A stretch of 52,439 nucleotides of DNA from Acanthaster planci (taxonomy: Eukaryota), in contig NW_019091356.1 of the NCBI RefSeq assembly GCF_001949145.1, positions 344,851 through 397,289 of the forward strand, read 5' to 3'. The position numbers were made by a program, and so were the translations under genes. This document shows positions 37,701-46,716 of this stretch, piece by piece. Numbering within the stretch: position 1 is the first letter of the stretch; each line of letters begins with the position of its first letter. The notes under the pieces were generated by a model that saw nothing but the letters and a program-made list of their open reading frames with translations, was not told the origin of the DNA and made no database searches.

Positions 37701-39528
37701 TCAGGTGTTGGAAAACAGCATACTTCAGACTTCACTGAGGACTGCGGGTGTAGACCGCCTCTCAATGTCTCCACCAACACTTTATCCTATCCGAATTTCA
37801 AAGTCTTTTTCTAAAGATTGTCACCTGTTCCCTTTTTAGTATTTTTCTACGTTTCATTTTTGACATTCTAATTCCATAAAATAATTTACATGTACCCCGC
37901 ATGTAATTAGGTTTGTTTTTACTTTTTAGAGATGAAGAGCTGGCCAATAAAGGAAAGAAAAAGAAAAATGGGAAGATGGCCCCTAAGCACAAAGCTTTGG
38001 AGATAATGAAGTAAGTTATAGTCGCCACCAACTTTAGCATTTCAATACCACAATTGATCTCCTACCCCATCATTTTATCCCTGTTTCCAATTTTAGATGA
38101 TTTAATCATTTTATTTGATTGTTGATTGGATTCAGTTTAGTTTGTTGTTGTTGCTTGATAGGCCTGGCTTCACGCGGCTGAATCTGCCTTTCTTCTTCTC
38201 ACCGGATGTTACTAACTTTGTTTTGCAAGCTGTGGATGACGTCGCCACCAACGGCTGGAAACTGCTACCACAGGTAACAACTTTCCCGCCTCCCATCCAA
38301 CCACCAAGGGCGCTGGTCGCTGATCAGTTTGATTCAATCCCAGATCACAGATCTTGAAAAGATTAAGTTTCTTTTCAGACGGTTGTTTTTGATCTCATAT
38401 TTTTTCTTTCTCTCTAATAGTACGATTTTGACATGTACACTGGCAACTGGATCTATCGGAATCCAAAGAGCGAGTCAGAGGATTCACCCCAAGGGTCCAC
38501 AGCATCGCTTGGAGACAGTCTGCTTACCACCACCTTCGTCAAGGGGAAGTTTAAAGCTCCACCCAGCCCCTTCGTGTCCAGGAAGAAATATGTCCAAACG
38601 ACAAAATTTCAAGTAAGACTTCCATTTTCACCTTCTGTTCGACTGTTTTTGCTGATCATGTTTTTTTTGTGTGTCAAACCGATGACGGAAATCTTGATAT
38701 TGTTGATTTTGTTTTGAATGTATGCATATTCGGAACAATAAGAAGAAAACTCATTCTTTTAAAACAAAGCTTACGTGCAACTCACGAGGTAGATTTAATT
38801 TCACAGTTCAGTTTTTTGCGCAGTCAAGTTTTGCAGTGTTGGCATTTAAAGTTTGTGCTTCCCCACTGCGAGATCGACAGTGAAAAGCATACACGCATAG
38901 CGCCCTCTACTCGTCATAGCAGATATTGACGGTTCATTTTCTAGTTTATTTCCTCCCTTCTTTCAGTGACTCGTTTTTTTCTTCTTCCAGGAAATGCTAC
39001 AGATTGCCAGTGTATTTTACAGCGAGGCTGAAGCAAAGTGTAATGAGGTAAGAAAATGTTACAAGAATTTAAAAAAATGCAAATCTGTTCTTGTCAGATG
39101 GCCCAGTTATTTCTCCAAAATAAGGTCATTATGTTTTGTTGCGAGAAAATATGCGATGTACACAGCGCGTAAGAGTGCTTTTTTGTCAGATTTGTGCATG
39201 CAGTCAAGCTATTTATTTATCAGTACTGCTTTTCACGTAGGTTCCTGATTTGAATCAGGATGATGAATTTATCAATGGGGTTGGTGACCCCAACATGGTC
39301 TGGTTTTTGCAACCTCATGAGGCACTAGCGCACCTACGGGATCCCAACCTTGATCAGACAGACTCCGGTTCGGCAGCACCACTGAGGTTAAAGGTCAAGA
39401 ACGTTCCGTTCAAGCCTAGACAGTCGACCGCTCGAGGTTCTCGGTTCTCTCGTCGAAGCCGCAAGTCTCACAAAAACCAGGCCAAGGAGACAGGGAAACA
39501 GACCATGAAGATGTGTACCGTACTGTAG
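25798..39528 (+). CDS. PLP-dependent aminotransferase class V / cysteine desulfurase-like protein (~734 aa, 18 coding exons) with C-terminal CaaX
   Basis: Exons 25798-26077, 30162-30192, 33011-33127, 33447-33576, 33986-34051, 34171-34236, 34464-34605, 34974-35037, 35442-35518, 36638-36711, 36823-36933, 37073-37119, 37413-37682, 37930-38010, 38162-38273, 38421-38612, 38991-39047, 39241-39528 (2205 nt, in frame). Motifs: GPFG, YCDYTASGR, YANTHT, FTGSGTTGA, GPYEHHSN, FSAASNVTG, WDYA, SPHKFVGG (PLP lysine), EEREEGGTP, RGGCACAGPY (candidate persulfide Cys), PGFTRLN. Confidence 0.92.
29133..29230 (+). ncRNA. Candidate intronic C/D box snoRNA (orphan)
   Basis: Box C GTGATGA at 29145-29151 and box D CTGA at 29217-29220, closed by TTCC/GGAA with kink-turn spacing. 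The stem extends via TATGTT/GACATA. It lies on the sense strand of intron 1 of the desulfurase-like gene. No rRNA target recognised. Confidence 0.3.
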
Positions 39529-41470
39529 ATAGTCTTGGAAGTATAGTAGCCTATCTGTAACGCTGATGCAATCTTGCTGCGTCAAGTTGTGTCCAAGATA
39601 ACTTCGATGATCGACAATTTGGCCCCAGATAAAAGTTGACAATGCATTATACTGAACGTGACTCACCTTTAGAAAGTGGCAAAACATCACACTCTCACCA
39701 AACTAGGTTTGGGTGACGGTGGTTTGGATGACGATGAAGCCACACAGGTTATCGGATTTGGAGTTTGAACTTACCATGAATGGATGCAAGTGGAGTTAAA
39801 ATTGGTTTAAAGCAGATCAACTGATTGAAGTACCCGTAACCCCCTAATTGTAAGATAGTAAGGTGTAATATTTTGCATATCAGAATGGTCACTGTAATTT
39901 TATATTGTAGGCCTAACTTCAGTTTCAGATATTAGATCCAAACAAAAGCGAGGTATAAGAGAATCGAGGTATTCTTTTCAACGATTTATGCGCTTAAACA
40001 CTTGCTGACAGACATTCATATTACATGTATGTCATGCAACAATTTAGTTTAAGGCATTATCCTAACGCACGCTATCATTAGCTCCATAATTTCAGTATAC
40101 CTTTTCACTCCGCCTGGGAGGTTGGGAATAATGACAAACCAATATATCTTTACAATAACTTTTAATTATATTAATGCATCGTATATCTTTAGATATCACG
40201 GATTAGTATTTTATAAAGTGGAACGTCAGAGCTGTCGAATTAACTTTATTGGTAACTTGTTAAGAATTATTTTGCCAAGCGCTATTTGTCAAAAAGTCAG
40301 TGAGGTGTGTTTAAATTTTCATACCAAAAGGCGTCTTTTTGTATAATGAAAGCTCTTTAAGATGGTGTCATACTACGTCTATAATTTAATGGGCAACGGT
40401 TAACGATATGCTTCAATACTTTAAAATATTTAAATTGTCATATGAAAGAATTAATGCCTTGGGATTAATTTTACGATAAGTGACCTAAGTTGAACTGCAG
40501 ACAGTGAACCCCGCTTTTCCTTTTGAAAGCAATCATTTTTTGTTGGATAAGTTAGATTGTTTAAAGTTATACCCAGTACCTGCATTTCGTACGAGTTTTC
40601 TACAAAATAAATAGTAAAAATAATATAGTAAAACGAAATAAAGAGTAAAATGAAATGTTTAATTTGACATAAAACTCGCACTTGTGCATAGAAAGTACTG
40701 GCCGGTTTGGTTCAAAATTCTATATAGGCCTATTCCCTCTGCAGCTATGTCAAAATAACATAAATTCGCGCAGTTAAAGGTTACACTGACATTTTTCCGA
40801 TATCACCGCAATGCATTTTTCTGGCGTTGAATCTGTAGGAGTTTTTAGAGTTACTTTTTTCGGTCATTTTGACATAAAGTTTGCGCAAATTGAACATGGC
40901 GTTCTTGCGCAGCGCGCATTTTTCAGAGACGGATTAGTCAAAAATGCGTACTTTTTCCACTGCGGTGCTCAAATGACCGCAACAACAAAACTAAGAGACT
41001 GATCGAGTTAAAAATTCACATTTGTAATCAGGAGTGTCTGTACATGCTTGGCAAGTTTCAAAAAATCGAGCGAAGCACAGCCAAGTTCTTTGGCCTCCCC
41101 GGTAGTGAGATGGACCAAAATAACCCGGCTCTTTCCGGGTTAAATTCAGTCAGACTTACTGGTTTTATTTAAGTTTGGATTAGAAAAGTAAAGATTTGCA
41201 TATTTTGAATTCTGAAATATTTGAACCACCTTACTTCAAACTTCTAATAATAATATTTACCACCCTTAAACAACCAAGGATATCTATGTACTCGTATTAA
41301 GGCAAAATTTCTCGAACGTTTTTTCTCAAAATGGATCAAATGATAGTGAACCTACAAGTAGGTCTGACAGCTATAAAGATGCACACTGGTCAAAAACACA
41401 ACTCTATTGCGCAAGTCCCGGAGCACAGACCAAATGGATCGAAGCTTCTGTTTGAATCCAAATTTTATAT

Positions 41471-41716
41471 GGGTAATTCCAGAAATTAGAGGTCTATTTT
41501 TCTTTGTGTCCCTGTCACGTCTGACATTTGATCTTGTAAGGTCAGAACACAATTTTCTAATTTCGAAGAGTGTTGAATTAGGGCAACTCACCTGCCAAAC
41601 AAATAGTAATAGTTTGAAATCAATTCCGGTGATATTTTCATGTCAAATAACAAAGATCAGATGTAACAGGGACACAAAAATGTTACACTTTGGACTCCTA
41701 ATTTCTGGAATTACCC
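41471..41716. mobile_element. Fold-back MITE (Sola-like; GGG...CCC termini, ATAT TSD), ~246 bp, in MFSD6 3' UTR
   Basis: atat|GGGTAATTCCAGAAATTAG ... CTAATTTCTGGAATTACCC|atat forms a perfect 23-bp inverted match including the flanks (41467-41489 / 41698-41720). A second internal inverted pair is tttgtgtccctgtcacgtctga / tcagatgtaacagggacacaaa. The superfamily call is tentative, since a TA-TSD reading is also possible. Confidence 0.8.
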
Positions 41717-41746
41717 ATATGACACCGACATTAACCGACGTTAAGT

Positions 41747-44724
41747 TCATTCCTTTGGACTGGGTGTCTGGTCATTTTCGATGATGTCATCGCCTCTGAC
41801 CTCACCTCCGTCGTCATCATTGACGTTTTGATCATCATCAATCGCAGTGGTGACGTCACTCTTTTCTGCTTTGGTTCCCTCGTCTTGAGACAGTAGCGGA
41901 GTATCTTCGATATCTTCCGGGTCATCCTCCTCATCGTTGACGTAGTTGAGGTCTTCGTCTTCCTTTTTGTCGTCTGTGTCGCTCTCCATGTACTGGATGA
42001 AAGCGAAAATCAAGATGACGACGACATACGTCACTCCGATTGACCTGAAGGTTACTGTTGAACCTGCAAAGAGGGAAAGACGAGTAACTGTAGCACTGGC
42101 CTAGAAACACCACCCATCACTGGGCATTGTGTTCGTCTAAGCAATTCTTACCATGCTTTAATCAGTACCCCGACCATGCTTTATTTCGACAGCACATACA
42201 AATATGCTTTAGACTGTAATCACAGATTATAGAATAGAGAAAACTTCATTTTCTGCAGAGAATGGCTAGGGCCCTATATAAATATGGAGCGCTGCTTCAG
42301 GGACAATTACTACCACCAAATTGTGGCCGCCGCCGCATAGGTTAAAGTTTTTCCCAGCTCCCAGATGGAGAAAGTTGGGAGTCAATGTTAAGGTCATTCC
42401 AGCTCTTCATTTGCGTTAAGATGTACCCTGCTGCCGCGTACAAAGATTCTGACTTCAAGAATGTTCCACGGGAAATACCATTAATTGCAGTCATGGCACC
42501 ATACTCACCTGCGCATTCTTAAACTAGAGCGCGCGCGCGCGCATTGACAAATCACAGCATCCTATTGGTCAAAGAGGAATGTTACACCTGCATAACACCT
42601 GCATGATCAACTGTCAAGTGACCGTGCAACTACAAACAAAATGTGTTTGATATTCAGTGGCTAGTAGCACGTACCGTACGCACTGATGATCACGCCGCCG
42701 AATATAGCGCCACAGCCCCGGCCCAATCCATGGTAGACACCTTGCAGAATTCCCTGGGCAGAAGACCGGTTTTTCTGGGAAGTTGCAGACCCGATGAAGG
42801 ACGTACTTGCTGCCCATACCAAGGCATGAGTGACTCCTAATAAGTGGGAGGAATAAATGATACCATCTCAGACAAAGAACTGGCAGAGAGGTACGTAAAC
42901 AAGAATTACGAAAGACTCGAGTTTGCAAATTAAATACTCTCTATTACCTATTATTGCTGATAAAAAGTTGCAATCACTCATTATAACATCAGTGCTCTGC
43001 CCGTGGAATAACAACTACTTTTCCCGGAATGTAATATTCGGAAAGTTTCTGAAATCGATTGTACATGTATACGTGGCAGAATCACAAGATCTTAAACACA
43101 ACTGTCAGAAGAGAATATGCAGTGAAGTATGATAAAAATTACCTTGAAGCGTCTCGACAGCCAGAACCCCCCAAGGGTTGACGAGATAGGAGACCGTGAT
43201 GAACCTTACAGCAAAGCAAGATAAACCCAGGCAAAGTACGGGGATGTGTCCCAGCTTCCGTATAAACCAACCACTGAAGAAATATCCGGTCACTTCCGAG
43301 AGGTGATTGATGATAGATGCTACCCCAAAGAGTGTTGGTGGCCCCCCAAGGTCCTTGAGATGCCAGTAGAGAAAGGTGAAGAGAAACCCAAATCCGAATC
43401 CTGCAAACCACACTACGTATAGTACGGTACCATATCGGACGCTGGCATACAAGCTAAGAACCTCCCAGTATCTGGGTTCATCTTCATCCTGGTTATGATC
43501 TCCTCCAGAGCTCATCTCATCCGAGCTTCTCTGAAACTTTCCGACTGTCTTCTTGACGTTTTCTAGCTCGATGACTTCTGAGGCGCCTTTACCATGCACA
43601 TGTTGAAGCTTGTCTGTTGTGTATTTGGATTGCCCGACCGTTATGACTTCGTGCAATGACCTATACTTGTATTGAAATTGAGTGGCCACAAAGAAGGCGC
43701 ATGTTATCATGACCGCATAGGTGCCAAAGCAAATCAAATAATTCACTTCTTCCATTGTAACTTGTCCATCACATTCTACTTTGGTCGTCTTCGTTCGGTC
43801 CAAGATGAATCCCTCAACAAACATGAAAATTCCCCAGGCCAGCGAGCCGAACATTCGCTGACGGCCGTACATTTCCATGCGCTGGTGGCCCAGATAACCC
43901 AGCGTTGCAGAATCTGCCAAAGTAATTGTGGGTGAGCTGAAGAACTCGCCAAGAATCATCAGAAGCAAGAGACAAATAAATGTTAGCCTCCTATCCTCAG
44001 CCGTGTACTTTATAACTGTTACACTTCTCTGTTCTTTGGATGCCTTATTTACTGTTGTTGTGTTCGAAATGGTGACCTCTGTGTTGGGTTTTGGTACGAC
44101 AATGATCTTGGAGGCAGTGTCATTGGCATCTCGTCTAACCTGTTCTTCATTTCCATCGCCTGGTACTGCTGCCTTCCCACCGTGATCGACGTTAATTTTG
44201 GTTATTTCCACATTTGAAATGCTCCCTTCTTTTCCAGTGCTTTTTGAATCTCCTATCACGACGAGGGTTGCATTCCTGTGCACGGTTGAGTTAATAACTA
44301 CACACGTACTTGGAGCGGGTTGAACGAAAGCTACGGCCTCAGTGAAAACGAGCCAAGAGAGCAATGAGAACAACAAAATAGCTTTGGCCTTACGCCATGT
44401 ATCAGCAACAGCGCCCCACATCGGCGCAGCGCAGAACTCCACAAAAGGTCTTATACCGACCAAGACACCACTCTGCGATGGACTCAGGCCCAGTTGCTTG
44501 AAGTAGACAGCAATGAGTGGGTATAGACTACCGTATGAACCATAGAAAGTGAAGTAGAATATCTTACAGAGTAGAAGGTCTGGATTGAGTCTGCCTGAAC
44601 AATACCCCTTGTAGCGCCGGCTTGACGATGTCTGCGACGAGGTGTCGCTGTCATCCTCATTTGTCGTTGTCCTAATCACGTCCTTTCGTTCAATGACGAG
44701 CGTGTCGTCGTCGGGATAATACAT
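41747..44724 (-). CDS. MFSD6: Major facilitator superfamily domain-containing protein 6-like transporter (~686 aa, 3 coding exons)
   Basis: Exons 44724-43143, 42836-42675, 42063-41747 (2061 nt, in frame). Motifs: KIFYFTFYGSYGSLYPLIAVYFKQLG, GIRPFVEFCAAPMWG, GEFFSSPTITLADSATL, YGRQRMFGSLAWG, FLYWHLKDLGGPPTLFG, LQGVTHALVWAA, SAQGILQGVYHGLGRGCGAIFGG, and an acidic C-tail. An acceptor at 44822-44823 implies an upstream non-coding exon. Could be a paralog rather than the one-to-one ortholog. Confidence 0.9.
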
Positions 44725-45461
44725 ATTGAGGTCTTTTGATCTATAGCCTACCAGAAATCGATAAACTTGCACAACCTTCGATTGTGAACTTCAGATCAAA
44801 AAATCCAATCCAAAGTAGAATCTGGAAAATAAAAACGATAATGTTAACTTGGAATTTGTTGGCTGAATTAGATTAATTTACATATGAATAACTTGGATAC
44901 AGTGCGTATCAGCCGCCTTGATATGAACGCATTGTGGCTTAGTTTGTCCGATTTAGCTCTGTGATTTTTTCTAAAAGCACCTCAGTAGGCCTACAGGCCT
45001 CGATATCTGTTCTTCAACGTCTCAGCTACACGATGTTAATTTTTGCTGAATCACAGTGTAATAACCACTAAAACAATGCGTCTTCCTTGAGTAAATCCCA
45101 GGTTTACTCCTGATCTCCAAGTTGAAGGCGATGTTCATTACCCGTTTCTACGGCCGAGTTTTACTCTTACAGGGAATATAAATATCATGAACATGTGTGA
45201 AATGCTTCGTACAGAGACAAAACAGACACATTAGATTCATAGTAAAATAAAATAAATTTTAAAAAATAATGGAACCCTTGGTTTGATGCGGAATATAAGC
45301 CACAGGGAAGACTTTTTCCATTTTACTGACATACGGCTATGCATTGAGTAAACTCTTTCTTATATTTTGCATAATTTCAATTTGCCTTTTATTTTCACAT
45401 AATCATCACTTCAGTAGCTGGTCTTTTGCCCTTCTTTGAAAAAAAAAAACACCCTTAACCG

Positions 45462-45506
45462 TAACAGTCCTCAATCCTCCAACAGGTGAAGGATTGAGGA
45501 CTGTTA
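45462..45506. repeat. Perfect 17-bp inverted repeat (hairpin)
   Basis: TAACAGTCCTCAATCCT (45462-45478) and AGGATTGAGGACTGTTA (45490-45506), with an 11-nt spacer. Confidence 0.9.
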
Positions 45507-46113
45507 GGTATGACAGAACGTTCCATGTCACTTATGAGGGATAAAGTGTAAAACCTTTGTAACCTTGTGAATTTTCCCAACAGGATAACTCACTTTCTCT
45601 TTTTTCCCTAAGGATTCTAGCCAAAAAGATATTGGTCAAAATACATTTTCAACAGCTTACAAATCATGCAAATCCTTATGTACAGGACATGTACAGTAAT
45701 ATTCACCCCTGAGAACAGTCTTCAACTCTCCAATTTAAGTAGGGACTAGGTCGTTGTAGGGTTGATAAAGAGGGTTTTAAGGACAAGGGAATTGACGCTG
45801 GTTTAAAAGACATTAATCTGGCAGCCTATTTTTTCTTTCATTTCTCCTTTTCTCTTTCATGTAACACAAACACTGTTAACATTTTCATCCAGGTGGCCTG
45901 CCATTCGGTCTTTAGGATTCATTATATTCATAATTTTTCACTTTTTTTGAAGCTGATTGTGATGGTATCAATTTTGCTCGCGGACTTTGCCTTGCCTTTA
46001 TTGATTTTACAAGCATCTTATCAAGTTGTTTCATGGGATCCTAGAACAAATGTAAGTCTAAACTACTGTAAACTGCTTGCTGACTACAATGACCTGAAAT
46101 ACAAATCCCAAAA

Positions 46114-46177
46114 TATGGAGGGCCTGACGTTTCGATCCTAGCAGAAAACTGACGATCAAAACATCAGGCACTCCATA
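46114..46177. mobile_element. Inverted pair of Penelope-like retroelement terminal fragments (24-bp arms)
   Basis: TATGGAGGGCCTGACGTTTCGATC / GATCAAAACATCAGGCACTCCATA, 21/24 complementary. The minus strand reads CTGCTAGGATCGAAACGTCAGG, resembling the 3' half (GAAAC-GUC) of the minimal hammerhead motifs in Penelope-like element pLTRs. The inverted repeat is certain; the family call is inferred. Confidence 0.5.
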
Positions 46178-46350
46178 ATGTGTGATTTTTCCTGAGATCC
46201 TACTTAGAAAACTCTGGTTGCTGTTGCAAAAATTTGTTGCGTTGTCCTATTTACGTGAAAATTCAATTTTAAACTGCTTCTTATACATGGGTGTGCCATT
46301 CTTCTCTTCTGTCCTACAAACCTTAGTATGTACGGGCATAGCAAAGGTAT

Positions 46351-46716
46351 CAGCGGCGTGGCTAACGGGGAGGGGGGTGCACACACACACACCCGGTTGC
46401 ACTCCCCCCACTTGCATATTATGATCACGATTATGTACATTATGTCCAACATCCAGTCAACCCCTCCACAAACACACACGTAAGTGTGTATTTGCCCCCC
46501 CCTATTGTTCCTCTTTTGTTTGTACCCTAACTTTTTTAGAAGACCACCCGTATGTTTTGTACACAGTTGTCAATCGGGGACCCTCTGTCAATCAGGGACC
46601 TTAATGTCCTCTATTGTTCTGGGTCCCCAATTGAATGCAGAAACAAACTCACACACACCCACTTTAGCGTGAAGCCCCCGCCCCCTCCCGTGCTCAGTAT
46701 CCTGGCTATGCCGCTG
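46351..46716. mobile_element. hAT-type MITE, 366 bp
   Basis: Terminal inverted repeats CAGCGGCGTGGCTA / TGGCTATGCCGCTG (11/14). The flanking 8-mers AAAGGTAT and GAAGGCAT (6/8, two transitions) fit a decayed 8-bp TSD. G-rich left and C-rich right subterminal tracts, an internal (CA)n and a short tandem duplication (tgtcaatcggggacc / tgtcaatcagggacc). Confidence 0.75.

Noticed and set aside
5642..39528. A functional sulfur-metabolism cluster (MTRR + LYR-family FMC1 + desulfurase-like gene, echoing ISD11-NFS1)
   Set aside because: FMC1 is an ATP synthase assembly factor, not ISD11/LYRM4. The desulfurase-like protein is not NFS1-type and lacks a mitochondrial presequence. Cyclin H intervenes, and animal gene neighbours are rarely pathway clusters. 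Conserved synteny would be needed to revive the idea.
39528..39800. SECIS element or selenocysteine recoding near the desulfurase-like gene and at the TGA stops of MTRR, FMC1 and CCNH
   Set aside because: No in-frame TGA in any gene model, the desulfurase-like stop is TAG, the TGA stops fall at expected protein ends, and no convincing AUGA-AA-GA stem-loop was seen.
40774..41143. Kolobok-like left end (TTAAAGG...) with transposon-like interior
   Set aside because: No matching CCTTTAA right end or inverted repeat found. Probably repeat-derived, but unclassifiable by eye.
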